From contig OZ024741.1 in assembly GCA_964016885.1 (NCBI GenBank), positions 234,670,001 through 234,734,000 of the forward strand: 64,000 bases of DNA, written 5' to 3'. This stretch comes from Eledone cirrhosa. Lineage: Eukaryota. Under the pieces are notes generated by a model. The model had not been told where the DNA came from. It saw only the letters and a program-made list of their open reading frames with translations, and searched no databases. A program made the position numbers and the translations under genes. Shown here one piece after another: positions 36,518 to 52,300 of this stretch; positions within the stretch are counted from its first letter, which is position 1, and every line of letters begins with the position of its first letter.

Positions 36518-38230
36518 TAAGAAACTATTTAATTATGAGGATGGTGGTGTTAATTGTCGGCGCCTTTGAACCGGTATGTGAAACAATGAGGGCAGTGCTC
36601 GTTTCACATCCATCTAGCAGCTACAGGGTCTTGGTTATTTTCTTTTGACCTGTGCCAACCTATCGTATATAACACACGAACTTTTAACTAATTTCATATA
36701 AATCCAGAAAATAAATATATACATACACAAAAAATAAATATATATATATAGAGAGAGAGAGACTTTTACAATGGGATAGAGATAAGTACAAATATACACA
36801 AGAACACACATATATATGTATTTACACACATATGTTAATTTATTACTGATATTAATTAACTTATATGTATATTAATTATACATTAGTACATATGTATATC
36901 ATTAGATATACATACATTATATATACATACACTCGTTTAAATCGTGTGTCAATTTATCTCTATAACTGTATGTATATAATTATAAACATAACCTTCATTC
37001 CATTTATATACATGTGTGTGCGAGTGTGTATCTATTATTATAGTTATGTGATGTGTCTGTGTGTAGGAGGTCAAGAAATGAGTGTGTGTATGTATGATTG
37101 GTCAGGGCACTTACCCTTTTGGATGAATGTCTCTGTGTACTATAGCAAGCAGTTCCCCCAGTCGATTGATCGTAAATGCTCACAGTACAGGCGAGCAGGC
37201 GTTTGATTTTGACACCTTCTGTTTGCAGCTATACTCTCTTTCCAGCTCACAACGCTGACATGGGGGTGGATTGGCCGCCGACAACGACTCTTTCTTGTCC
37301 ACAAGTGACAAAATGTCTCGAAAATAACACAGAACGATTGTGGAAAGCAATGAGAGCCATCATCGAGTCAGGGGAGTTAACCTGGGCCATCTGTAAAAAG
37401 TTCCGGTCGGATTTTTTTATTTTTGATCAGAGAAAACACTATAACATTTTATTTGGAAAATATTAGATATTCTTGTTTGTTTTTAGTCTTTTAACATGAC
37501 CTTATTTCATTAAATAATTTTCTTTTCTAAATTCAAATGAAAATAAAAATGCATATCAAGGGAGATAATAGATTCGACACTAGATGAACGGAATTGCGTA
37601 TGTATATGTGGAAAGAAATATGTGTTTCTATGCTAATACAAATATTTTTAAATATGACTTCATACAATATATAAACATCGAGGATTAAATAGTGTAAATA
37701 TTACAGTTCATTAACTCACAAGTAGTGTCTTAGTTGTGTTATAGCTTCATCGGAATTTTTATTCTAGGATAATCCTGTTCTCTCCTTTTCTACAGGCGTC
37801 ACATCATATACCCCTCCCACTCACGCTGTCCCACAAAGAGCAAAGTTGAAATCAATCCTGATGGGACACGTACACGGGATCAATACGATCGAAATATTGT
37901 TAGATACGAAGGTTAGACAGTTTAATTCGATATGTTGGTGCTGGTCAGGTTAAGCAAAAAATCAGGTCAATGACATTTTTACAAAACTAATGTCAGTGTA
38001 CCGTATATTTTAACTTAGCAGCATACAATTTTGAATGTTTTATGTAATAAACATATCACGAGCTGTAAGCTTTTAGTTTATCATTTAGTGCAAGAGTCAT
38101 TTGAATTCAGGTTCAAGCAACTCCCCGGGAATAATATGGAAACAATTTCAGATTAGAATGAGGCAACATGGGGTAGTTTGAAGTTTTTACACCGGAATCT
38201 TTGGAGAATTGGACTATTTGATTTGGTAAT

Positions 38231-38963
38231 GTGCCAGATGGCTCTTCATACACTCAGGCCTCTTGGAAAAGCTGGGATTCCAATCTTCAAGAATCAACCT
38301 GGCTCCATGCCTTGCCCTCCTCCAGTGGCACGCAGCTAGATAATAATAGCCTGCGCATCGGCGTTTCCTTGAGGCTCGGCCTCCAGATCTGCGAACCATA
38401 CCAATGTAGCTGTGGATCCACCGTGGACTCTTTCGGCCTCCACCCGCTTTCCTGTCGCCACCGTGCCGACCGCCTTCCGCGCCTTGCTGCCCTCGACGAG
38501 GTCATAAAGCATGGCTTGGACGCTGCAAGCTTCCCAGCTCGAGCCGGTGGGGCTGGACCGAGGGGACGGCAAAAGGCCAGATGGCATGACCATCTTCTTG
38601 TTCCGCGGTGGCAAACTCCTCGTCTGGGATGCCACTTGCACCGACACTTTCTGCAGCCGCAACCTGGTGCAGTCTGCGACTAACCCAGGTTCTGCTGCGC
38701 GTCGGGCTGAGGAGGCCAAGCTCTTCAAGTACCGGTCGCTCTCCGACAGGTTTGCGGTTGTACCCTTGGCAGTGGATACTTCTGGTGTCCTCGGCCCTAG
38801 GACTACCTCCCTACTCACCACCATAGGCCCTGAGCTGGCCAGCCGCAGGTGTGAGCCCCGCTAGTTGGAATGGCTTTTCCACCGCGTCTCCCTTGCCGTC
38901 CTCCGGGGAAACGCCTTCTCTATTCTGTCCGCCGGGGCTGTGAGGAGCCACCAATATGATTGA
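38231..38963 (+). mobile_element. CRE-like non-LTR retrotransposon 3' fragment (zinc knuckle and restriction-like endonuclease), frameshifted
   Basis: WLHALP..LRLG..CSCG..HPLSC, EP.GL...DGKRPDG..VWDATC..K..KY..PLAVDTSG..RVSLAVLRGN; one frameshift near 38530 and a stop at 38862. Confidence 0.8.
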
Positions 38964-39666
38964 CTGACTTGTCATTTTATCAGTCAGAGGATTTCATTAT
39001 GTAACACAATGAAATACATCTTACATATACAGTGTACCCCGACATTCGCGGTCCCGGTTATTCGCGGGCTTTTCCTTAGAACCTACCTAAGAATCAACCT
39101 GTAGAATAGACTTTGGACAAACTAACAAAGTGGATATGTCTTAACCATTAAACACTTTCTGTGAACGATATAGTTGTAGTTCTGATTTACACCTTTCATT
39201 GAATACAATGACCTGTCAACTTTCATATAAAAACTTTGTCTATCCCCTTTTTCTTCATCCAAAGAACATTCTAAAACTATTTGGGCATGTGATAGCAAGT
39301 TATAAAAATTGAGTTTAATTATAGGTCAGCAATTTTACATCAGTTAGATCTTGCAAGCCCTTTTCCTGCTTGTATAACGGATTTTTTCAGCACGTAGCAT
39401 GCCTACATGATAATGTTATGTTAACTTTATTTAATAAAACTAGATTTTAATTTGTCCGATCTTCTTGCTTGTTGTGTAAAACCATGTGTTTTAATCCTTC
39501 TGATATTCATTGATACATTATTTAGTTTTTATTAATATATACATAAATAACATAATTGCTCCCAATTCTTCCAGAATAACATTACAAATATAATGTTGTT
39601 GATAAACACAAATATAAATGATATAACAAATACAATTAACCATTGCTAAGAACCTCACAAAAATCT

Positions 39667-40119
39667 AACAATCGAAAACGACCATCAATTCACCACCAAG
39701 CGCGACAATCGGCCGCACATCACAAAGGTCAACGGAATATTTTGAGGCAAGCAACATTACCACGGGTGATAGCAAGGCTATGGCTCTGAAACAACCATGC
39801 ATCCTCACGAGCAACACCTGACACCACAGTAAAACGAGCCGCAGCCTCGCCATCACCTGTTCTAATAATTGTTTCTGTTTTTGGTACAAGGCCAGCAATT
39901 ATATCAGTGCATTACTGGTGTTTTATTTTATCGACCCCGTAAGGATGAAAGGCAAAGTTAACCACGGCTGGATTTGAACTCAGACCGTAAAGGGGCGTAA
40001 CTCTATCCTGCAAAGCATAGTGTCCGCGAGCATATTGGCTTGCCTCAAAATATTCCATTGACCCTTGTGAGGTGCAGCCGATTGTCGCACTTGGTGGTGA
40101 ATTGATGGTCGTTTTTGTT
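39667..40119. repeat. ~85-bp inverted repeat enclosing a SINE
   Basis: aaaacgaccatcaattcaccaccaag..ggaatattttgaggcaagc at 39667-39754 is reversed at 40034-40119. Confidence 0.8.
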
Positions 40120-40749
40120 TTTGCTTCGCCCATTTAAAAAAAATTCTTTTTTTTATTGATACTCTTTAGTGACTCGTGTGTTTTGGCATTCTGATGTTAT
40201 CCATATATATTTACTCTCCAGAAATTGGTACCGTACTATAGAAACACTACAAAATTTGGTGATTTTAATAAAACCAGTTCAAAATTTGGAGACCCCCAAT
40301 ATCTTATAATCCCCCCCCCCTCTCTCTCTCTCTTATATAATAGTCCAGAGTTAAGGCAGTGACTTGGCAGAGTCGTTTAAACATCAGATAAAATGCTTTG
40401 CGGTATTCATTCCGGCTCTCAGTTCAAATTCCGCCAAGGTTAACTTTGCGCTTCATCCTTTCGAAGTTGATAAAAGACATGGTAAATTTACAGAATACCC
40501 CTCTCCCATTTGATGGGAAATTTTTTTCCTAGGTATTTTCGTATTTCAACAAATTGACATCCAAATCCGTCGCAAACGACGGGGGGGGTGAGGTGGGGTC
40601 TCGGAGTATTTTTTTGTGGGAAAGTTTTTCCAAGATTTCTTTTTCCTTTTTGTGTTTTTCGCTTCATCTCCTTGACGACGTGAACCTATTGCTGCAGTCT
40701 CCATTCGGTACACAGCTTTTGTCTATTTGTTGTCCTTTGTGAAGGTACG

Positions 40750-41030
40750 TAGGTTCATGGTTAGGGTCTTCGGTTCACGATCGTAAGGTCGTAGCTTCGA
40801 TTCTTGGCATTGCCTTGATCAAGACACTTTATTTCACATTGCTCCAGTCCACTCAGCTGGCAAAAATAAATTGTACTTGTAATTCAAAGAGCCAACCGTA
40901 CCACACACTATGTCTTGTTGACTCTCCCCGAGAACTACGTTAAGGGTACACGTGTCTGTGGTTAATTTCACGAGTCGACTGTTCTGTTGGTCATACAACT
41001 GGAACACTCGTCATCGAGACTGACAGAGGT
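40750..41030 (+). mobile_element. Second tRNA-headed SINE family (related copies near 10755, 20380, 21395, 30130, 46500)
   Basis: tggttagggt..ttcgattc..caagacactt head; shared gtaattcaaaga..gtgtctgtgg body. Confidence 0.55.
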
Positions 41031-41107
41031 CCAACATCATTTGGTTTTATCACATACCCTACCCCCTCCATTTTCTCTTAATGTGTTTTATGATAACTTA
41101 TACTTTT

Positions 41108-42155
41108 GTTAGGCGGCGAACTGGCAGAGTCGTTAGAACGTTGGATAGTGTACTTTGCGGTATTCATTTCGGCTCTCAGCTCGCTGAATTCAAATCCCGC
41201 CGAGGTCAACTTTACCTTTCATCCATTCGAAGTCGATAAAAGAAAGTACCAGACTAGTACTAGGATCGATTCCTCCTCTATATCTTTTTTTCATTTCCAT
41301 TCTCTCACTCTATTTTTCTCTGGAAGAAATCTGCTCTATTCAGACCTGGAGAGGAGATGGGCTCCACCAAGTTAAAAATAATGCCCTATATGTCAATATG
41401 GCGTCCCAACAACTTCTCCAGGAGTTACGGGACCATGCATGCATGCAAACTTTTGTTTGTTCTCTTATCCATTGACAAGTTTTTCTGACCTTTTTAGTGA
41501 TTCCTAACATGGCATCTTTCCGTGTGTACTTCTTTGTGTTGTCCCAGGCTTCTGTTTAATTAATTTTAATTCATACTAAAGCAATATTAATTTCTAATTT
41601 AGGCACAAGGCCAGTAAACTTGAAGGAAGAGCAATGTTAATTAGATCAACCCCAGTACTTTGCATGGTATTATATTTTATCGACCTCGGAAGGATGAATG
41701 ACAAAGTTGACCTTGGCGGGATTTTGAATGCAGAATGTAGAAAGCCAGAACTAATACTGCAATAATGGCATTGTATCCGACTTTCTAGCAATTCTGTCAA
41801 TCTACCACTCTCGCATACATTAGCAATATTTAAATATAAAACACTTCATCACTAGATTAATCAACTATCAATTATATTTCACTACTGATTGTGATGATGA
41901 TGTTGATGGTGTGAAAGTGATGGGAATAACGATGATGATGATAGTGACGATGACGATGATAGTGATAATTGTTTCTACTTTAGGCACAAGGCCAGCAATC
42001 ACCTAGTGCATTACTGGTACTTTATTTTATCGACCCCGTAAGGATGAAAGGCAAAGTCAACCTCGGCGGGATTTGAACTCAGATCGTAAAGGGACGTAAC
42101 TATGCTGGGAAAACATGGCGTCCGACCCTCTACCGATACTGCCAATCCACCGCCT
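41108..42155. mobile_element. Three SINE copies (41108-41460 +, 41585-41810 -, 41965-42155 -)
   Basis: Family consensus motifs in both orientations. Confidence 0.75.
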
Positions 42156-42657
42156 GTGATAGTGATAATAGTGACAGGAATGATGATGATGATGATGGTG
42201 GTGTTAGTAATGACTGGGGATGATGATGATGATGATGATAGTGATGATCCTGAGCTAAGAACAAATGCAAAGTTCTGGCTCTGACACTGGATCCTCCCTG
42301 AAAGGTAATTGGAATATGATCAGGTTTTGAGAAATGGTGGTTGTATAGCCAGTTAGTGGCATAGTTAGTTACTATGGAAATGATTGATGAGATGGAAGAG
42401 GGTTAGAGCAACCACACCCATCCACTGGGTGATAGATTTACTAACCTTGTTTCGCACATAGTGGCGACATCCATCATACTAATACCGCCACTGATGTAAC
42501 AACTACTACTACTAATGTTACTGCTACTATTATTACTACTTCTACTGGTGTTGTTACTATTATTGCTACTACCACTGCTACTACTACTACTACTACTACT
42601 ACTACTAATACTACTACTACTACCACTACTTTCACTAAAGAAAAAAAAACGATTATA

Positions 42658-42809
42658 CAGGGTGGGCTAAAATGTTCATAGGCTGACTATAAAGGAGTGA
42701 TGCTAAAGCGGTGAAATCTTTATGCATTAAACTGCATTGTTTCTTTCCAGGGACTTTGTTGAAAAATAAACCTTATTTGGTCAGCCTATGAACTTCTCAT
42801 CCGACTCTT
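42658..42809. mobile_element. Tc1/mariner-type MITE
   Basis: TA-cagggtgg..gttcataggctgac / gtcagcctatgaac..; TA flanks. Confidence 0.7.
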
Positions 42810-45800
42810 ATATTCTACATTTCTACGATGAACTTTTATTAAAAAAAATTAATTCTGTTCAGGATTGTATGTATCAGGCACAAGTGATATGAACTGAGAC
42901 TATGTTGAAACTAAAACAATTACTGCATGAAAAAGTTATTTTAGTCATTTAAATACCCCCCCCCCCCCCCCTCAGTCAACTTTACTTTGTGTCCGCAATA
43001 TCAGTATTTGTTTCTAATTTCGTATACATTTATTATTGGTGGTAATATTTTCAATGGATTGCATATTACTTGTCGCTCCCTCCACCTCTCCCCTTTCATT
43101 CGTTGCTTAATTCCTTTTTTCTTACTAATTTTCTTATTTCCCATTTCTTAATTTATGTAAATAAAATGTGTTACCATTACACTTATATTGTAATGGTAAC
43201 ACATGGGTTCGTGTCCCATGTGCGTCAATTCTCATCCTTTTTTCCATTGAGAGGGTTTTTTTTTTTATTTCAACTAATTGACTAATTTTATTTAGTCAAA
43301 TACGGCGTAAGCACATGCATGTTACTACCTAATTTTCAAATTCGTTAGCTGTTTCTAAACAAAGCTTGCTTTGTGTCTCCCTATTTATTTACATGTACAG
43401 TATATGTAGGTTGTTTTATGTCTGACTAATCTCAACAGCCGTCAATCCTTCCGAATTAAACATTGGAGGATTATGTACCATGTTTTACAATAACCCCAAA
43501 TTACTAGATCTGTGAGTGTTGTATGAAAATTTTAATTGAATTGGTCATTTCCATAAATACACAGTGAACATTCGTCGGAAACACATTAAGAGAGAGAGAC
43601 ATTCTCAGAGAATGAAAAAAAAAATAGAAATATATCAAAACTTAATGTCAACTAAATTTTCTTTCAACCAGTTATGTCTACAAAACTAACACAAACACAC
43701 ACATATATAACCCACAGCTGGGATTACCATTAATGCCAAGTAAGCAGTGGCCTTAGATGCAGATCTCAGAGAGGCATATTACAGAATCTAAAAAGCTCAC
43801 AGTTTTATATAAATTTGTATAATAAAATTAAACATAATCATTTCCTGCAGCATTGTGGAAATATCCAAAACTGTGGAGAGAGTCATATGGTGTTAAAACC
43901 TATCACATGATTTGGCATGGGCGAGAGTGGACTGTGTAGTGGAAAATGCAGGTATAGTAATGTTTTTTAGCTAGAAGTGCCAGAAACTAGGATCGTCAAT
44001 TTACAAATTGTCAGTTGAAAATATTTTTTGTGGGGTGGCATATTTTGTGTACTTTCACCTTGGAGATGCAGCAGTTGTTTCTTTCCCTTGCCTGAACAGC
44101 AACAGCTAACCACATCATTAGCGCAGGAGGCTTCTGAAAGTCCCTTGGATAATTTCAAAAGCATCACATATGCTAGCAGCTGACACCCTCACTTCTTCAA
44201 TCAAGAAGGCCTTGGATTTCGTTTGCCCCAGTGATTGGGAGTGCCTCTTCTACTTTGCTCCACTCATCCTCGATCTCCCCAAACTTGTGCTAATAGAAAT
44301 AGTCTGTCACTAGCAACCTAAATCTGTTTGACCATGTTATCCATAATTCAAGTACATGCCTACTGCCCTCCACCTTCAATGCAGGCTCAAAGCTTTTATG
44401 TATGTAAGTTGTCTTGGGCACTTTAAACTTAGGCTTCTGGTCTGACCACAGCCAATTTCTTCCAGAGAAAGAGAGAGTGATAGAGAGGAAGTGATTGAGA
44501 CAGAGGAAGAATTTACCTCAGTACTATACTGGTACTATTTTTTTCTTGGTGTTGAAAGGAAGAAAGGCCGTATTGACTTTGGAGGGGATTTGAACTCAGA
44601 GTGCAGAACAAATAGAACAAATACCACAAAGTGGCATTCTAACAACTCTGAATCAAAGCATTTACATGATTGCATAAACACTAAATTCATTGAAACTGAT
44701 ATCTCAGTTGCAATCAGAATTATTACTTAGATGACACTGTCTTTCATCCTCACTGTGGAGGTTTTCTCTGCTTGATAGCTTAAGCACCCTGGCCTCAGAC
44801 TCATACCGTCACCCAACTCATATCTTTTGTATGTAGACTTTGAAGCAAATATTGTGTCTTCCATGAGGTTTTTCCTACAATCAATAGTGGAGGTGCTGAT
44901 AGTGGTATAATCTGGTCATCTAAAAGATTTGGTGTCCTTCCAGAGTCATCCACAATGTCATGGATAACTACATTCACAATTTTTTCTTTCCGACCAGCTT
45001 GACTGCTCTGAAAGACAGGGGCAGCATACACCAGCCAATGTTTTCAGAAGGTTGGGTGCCGAGGTTATTTGTAAGTCTGTTATCTTTGAACTGGATGAAA
45101 CTTGAGATTGGTCTAGCTGGTGGATGCGAAGGATCCACCCATGCTGCTAGGCAATTCATCGATGGTTGCTCACCCTAGCCTGTGTTAATTGACTCCAGGT
45201 ATCTCATCTTCCTTGTTATTCTCCAAGATAATGCCTTTATAATTATGTCTATTGGGATAATGAGGCAACATCTACTGAAGGTTTTGCAATCAGAGAGACA
45301 AAATAAAAATTAAAACGTGACAACCTTTCACTGGTTGATTCATGCTGTTAACACTTGTCACCATATAGATACATACACACATATATATATGCATGCATAT
45401 ACACATATACATGCATATACACACATACATGCATATTATACTTACATATACACAATAATGCACACATAGATATGCATACATATCTTAAATATAATTTCCT
45501 AATCCTTTGATTAAGACAATTTTTTCCTTACTACTAAACATACGATATTTCTACATGGTCATTGAAACTGCTAGGAATAGCAACCAAATTTATGTAAAAT
45601 CATGGCCAACTGTCTTACATAAAAAAAATGACACATTGGGTAATGTAGTCCTAGACATACTAGGATTAATAAAAGACAAGGTGGTTATTGCTGGAACAGT
45701 TTTGATCACATTACCCATACACTGCACCACCACACCATGATACAAAGTCAGATAGGACATTAAATTACGGTTTTAAAAAGCCATAGAATCCTGGAAAAGA

Positions 45801-46124
45801 AATAACTGTATGTAACTTGAGAAAATACATTTTCCTACCATAACGGAGGCAGTAAAAATAAACCAATAATACTTCTGATGATGAATCTGAAATATTATTG
45901 GTTTATTTTTAATCAAAATTAAATTTTGGACTTTATTCCAAACAAAAACTGTAGAGAACTTAGGAAAATTTGAGGAATTGAAATTTAAAAGTAGTCTTGT
46001 CTTTAACAACACATATATAAAAGTCACGTTCTTCCCCATTTAAGTTATATTACATTATTCTCTTCGTCTTCTCTCAATTACAATTTAGATGAGTGTACTT
46101 TTTTAATTTACGTAATTTGTGAAC

Positions 46125-46440
46125 GGAGGTGGCAAATTGGCAGAGTCGTTAGAATGTCGGATAGATTGCTTTATGGTATTCATTCCAACTCTCAACTTTG
46201 CCCTTCATCCTTTTGAGATCGATAAAAATAGTACCAGTCTAGTACTAGGGTTGATTCTTCCTCTATATCTCTTTCTCATTTAATCTGTCACACTTTCTAT
46301 CTTTCTCTGGAAGAAATCTGCTGCAGTCAGTCCTGGAGAGGGATGGGCTCCGCCAGACTTAAAATGCCCAAGAAATGCTGTATGTCAATGCGGTGCCCCT
46401 ACGACTCTATCAGGAGTTACGGGGCTATACCATACCAATT
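46125..46440 (+). mobile_element. SINE subfamily with alternative 3' part (tctggaagaaatctgct..ggagttac)
   Basis: Matches 41108-41460 and the reverse of about 7630-7900. Confidence 0.7.
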
Positions 46441-46838
46441 TGTAAACAGTAACTTTGTTGTTTACAGGTTTCTAATGGACCAATTTCTGGGTCACTGCAT
46501 TTCTGATGTTCAAAGAAACAAGAGAGTGTTTATAACTTGGCACAGAACAAAAATCCGAAGGGACAGACACCCAAGGTACTATGCAGTGAATTCAAACCCA
46601 CAAACAATCTGGTTGCTTGGCAAGCACATCAACCACCATAGTCATAGAATAAAACAATATTGTAGGGAATATTCTTACAATGGTGGTGGAAATCCTCCCC
46701 TCTCCTTCTAATCTTTCCTCTTCCTTCTTTTACCATAGTTCCATTATTCTTCTACTTCACTCACTCTTTACCCCTATCTCTTTCTTTGTTTTCCGTATCT
46801 ACATATTTACTAATTTATCTGTGTATCTATCTATTTAC

Positions 46839-46943
<105 letters not shown>

Positions 46944-47182
46944 CGCCAATTTTTCTTTATCTGTTCCTACCCTTTTCACTAAATGTTCTTCTATGTTATT
47001 TATTTTCTTCCTTTTCTTTCTACATCCATCTCTCTGCCCCTACATATCCTCCTTTTTCTCTCCTATCAACTTTAGGTTAATATCTACAATTAATTACTGC
47101 AAGCTCATCCATCAACTCCGCCAGCAACAACACCATCACCACCACTACCCAACCCCATACTACCACACTATCACCATATATT

Positions 47183-47260
47183 CAGGCTGTCCCCCCAAAA
47201 TGTATACACATTTCAACAGCAGATAACTCAAAAGTGTGTTTACTTTTTGGGGACACCTTG
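47183..47260. mobile_element. Very small Tc1/mariner-type MITE
   Basis: caggctgtccccccaaaatgtatacacattt / aaagtgtgtttactttttggggacaccttg-ta. Confidence 0.65.
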
Positions 47261-47269
47261 TATGTATAT

Positions 47270-47830
<561 letters not shown>

Positions 47831-49386
47831 AGCAGCGATTCTTTGCTTAAACTTTAATCTGTTATTTTAATAAATCATCATCATCATCATCATCGTTTAA
47901 CGTCCATCTTCCACGCTTGCATGGGTTTGGACGGGAGTTTTCCCACTTGAGGCAAGAGTGGTTGTCTTGCTCGTATAGGACTGTCTGGGGGGTTTTCTAC
48001 GGCTGGATGCCCTTCCTAACACCAACCACGTTTACAGTGTGGACTGGGAGGTTTTTACCGTGTTACCTACACGGCCACATTACAGCGTGGACTGTTTTTT
48101 TGTCGTGACACCTATACAACCTCATTTGTTTCGGATTGGATGTTGTGGTACCAACATAACTTCACATTTAAGGGGGTGGTGTGGATGGGGTGGGGGTAGT
48201 GGGACGGGGGGGGGGTATTTTTGTTAGAGGTGCCTACTGACTGTAGTAGGTTTCATATATATATATATATATATATATCAATCATACGTCATACACCTTT
48301 CATGTTATTTTTCTGCCAATAACACATTAATCGACCAAACATTCAGAAACATAAATCAGGAAACCGAACCAAAGGTGATAATTTAAAATGAAATTTAAAA
48401 AATAGCATTAAATAAAAATTATAGATAAAAATTATTAATGAAATTTGATAATTATTTTTTTTAATTCTTGAAATTAAATAATATAAAATAAAACAGAATT
48501 CTCCATATTTGTCTAAAGACTGATGTTTTTCCTCAAAATGCTAGCAGTTTCATTAATGGCTTATATTATGTTTTTTTTAATCATTTCACTTCAGTTTTGA
48601 ATATATTTTATGTAAAACAAAAAAGGATTTGTAAAACTAAATGCAGTTCTTCATCTCTCTCTCTTAGTTTATCTGTCTATCTGTATACACACACATATAT
48701 TATATACAAAGAGAAAGAGAGAACACACACACAACCTTTCTGACTTATGTCCAACACATTATATCCTGGATATAATTAGCTTATCCACCACATAGATAGA
48801 GAGAACTGGTAGTAATTTTACAATATCATTTCTTATTTACAACTTAAGAGAATGATTATAAAAAAACAAAACAATATGTGTCTATGCAGAAGTTGTTCAA
48901 GACATTAGATTTGAGTTTCAATTTCTTTATTAGAACCTTGTAAGGGCATCCAGCCATAGAAAACTTGCAAGACCCTCCAGTCATGTCAAGAGCATGGCAA
49001 CCTCCCTAGTGTTGGGGATTTGCATGAGGTTGGTGATAGGAATGTAATCAGCTGTAGAAATCTTGCCAAACAAAGGGTTGGAAGGACCTTCAGTTGTGTC
49101 AAAGGCATGACAACCTCTCCTGAGTACTTGATGGAATGTGAGAGCGTACACAAACGCACAGATCCCTGACCTGTTTGGGGGATCAGTGGCTCCGATTCAG
49201 TACTATATGGACCCATCCAACCCTTGCTAGCAGAGAAAGTGGACGTTAAAACGACAATGATGATGATGATGATGATGTATTTTCTTAACATCCTCTTATT
49301 TTTGTTGTGAAACCTTCATTGGTCATACAAGTACAACATGTATTTACATCAGAAAGCAATTACAGCATACTACACCTCACAAATCC

Positions 49387-52300
49387 CACTACACCACACA
49401 ATAAATCATACTATACCACAACAAATATCACACTACACCACACAACAAATCATACTATACCACAACAAATATCACACTACACCACACAACAAATCATACT
49501 ATACCACAACAAATATCACACTACACCACACAACAAATCATACTATACCACAACAAATATCATACTACACCACACAACAAATCATACTATACCACAACAA
49601 ATATCATACTACACCACACAACAAATCATACTATACCACAACAAATATCATACTACACCACACAACAAATCATACTATACCACAACAAATATCATACTAC
49701 ACCACACAACAAATCATACTATACCACAACAAATATCATACTACACCACACAACAAATCATACTATACCACAACAAATATCATACTACACCACACAACAA
49801 ATCATACTATACCACAACAAATATCATACTACACCACACAACAAATCATACTATACCACAACAAATATCACACTACACCACACAACAAATCATACTATAC
49901 CACAACAAATATCACACTACACCACACAACAAATCATACTATACCACAACAAATATCATACTACACCACACAACAAATCATACTATACCACAACAAATAT
50001 CACACTACACCACACAACAAATCATACTATACCACAACAAATATCACACTACACCACACAACAAATCATACTATACCACAACAAATATCATACTACACCA
50101 CACAACAAATCATACTATACCACAACAAATATCACACTACACCACACAACAAATCATACTATACCACAACAAATATCATACTACACCACACAACAAATCA
50201 TACTATACCACAACAAATATCATACTACACCACACAACAAATCATACTATACCACAACAAATATCACACTACACCACACAACAAATCATACTATACCACA
50301 ACAAATATCATACTACACCACACAACAAATCATACTATACCACAACAAATATCATACTACACCACACAACAAATCATACTATACCACAACAAATATCATA
50401 CTACACCACACAACAAATCATACTATACCACAACAAATATCACACTACACCACACAACAAATCATACTATACCACAACAAATATCATACTATACCACACA
50501 ACAAATCATACTATACCACAACAAATATCATACTACACCACACAACAAATCATACTATACCACAACAAATATCATACTACACCACACAACAAATCATACT
50601 ATACCACAACAAATATCATACTACACCACACAACAAATCATACTATACCACAACAAATATCATACTACACCACACAACAAATCATACTATACCACAACAA
50701 ATATCATACTACACCACACAACAAATCATACTATACCACAACAAATATCATACTACACCACACAACAAATCATACTATACCACACAACAAATCATACTAT
50801 ACCACAACAAATATCACACTACACCACACAACAAATCATACTATACCACAACAAATATCATACTACACCACACAACAAATCATACTATACCACAACAAAT
50901 ATCATACTACACCACACAACAAATCATACTATACCACAACAAATATCATACTACACCACACAACAAATCATACTATACCACAACAAATATCATACTACAC
51001 CACACAACAAATCATACTATACCACAACAAATATCATACTACACCACACAACAAATCATACTATACCACAACAAATATCATACTACACCACACAACAAAT
51101 CATACTATACCACAACAAATATCATACTACACCACACAACAAATCATACTATACCACAACAAATATCATACTACACCACACAACAAATCATACTATACCA
51201 CAACAAATATCATACTACACCACACAACAAATCATACTATACCACAACAAATATCATACTACACCACACAACAAATCATACTATACCACAACAAATATCA
51301 TACTACACCACACAACAAATCATACTATACCACAACAAATATCATACTACACCACACAACAAATCATACTATACCACAACAAATATCATACTATACCACA
51401 ACAAATATCACACTACACCACACAACAAATCATACTATACCACAACAAATATCACACTACACCACACAACAAATCATACTATACCACAACAAATATCATA
51501 CTACACCACACAACAAATCATACTATACCACAACAAATATCATACTACACCACACAACAAATCATACTATACCACAACAAATATCATACTACACCACACA
51601 ACAAATCATACTATACCACAACAAATATCATACTACACCACACAACAAATCATACTATACCACAACAAATATCACACTACACCACACAACAAATCATACT
51701 ATACCACAACAAATATCACACTACACCACACAACAAATCATACTATACCACAACAAATATCATACTACACCACACAACAAATCATACTAAACCACAACAA
51801 ATATCATACTACACCACACAACAAATCATACTATACCACAACAAATATCATACTACACCACACAACAAATCATACTATACCACAACAAATATCATACTAC
51901 ACCACACAACAAATCATACTATACCACAACAAATATCATACTACACCACACAACAAATCATACTATACCACAACAAATATCATACTACACCACACAACAA
52001 ATCATACTATACCACAACAAATATCATACTACACCACACAACAAATCATACTATACCACAACAAATATCATACTACACCACACAACAAATCATACTATAC
52101 CACAACAAATATCATACTACACCACACAACAAATCATACTATACCACAACAAATATCACACTACACCACACAACAAATCATACTATACCACAACAAATAT
52201 CACACTACACCACACAACAAATCATACTATACCACAACAAATATCATACTACACCACACAACAAATCATACTATACCACAACAAATATCATACTACACCA

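Noticed and set aside
37385-38215. Possible mariner TIR pair (aaagttccggtc / caccggaatcttt)
   Set aside because: Match is short and imperfect with no clear TA duplication
40560-40750. CpG-rich segment ending in ag|gtacgt as a + strand exon
   Set aside because: No downstream + strand coding exon in the window, and the donor abuts a SINE head
43720-45290. Coding-like stretch with several 60-80 aa ORFs
   Set aside because: No recognisable domain by eye; possibly a decayed transposon, needs a translated search
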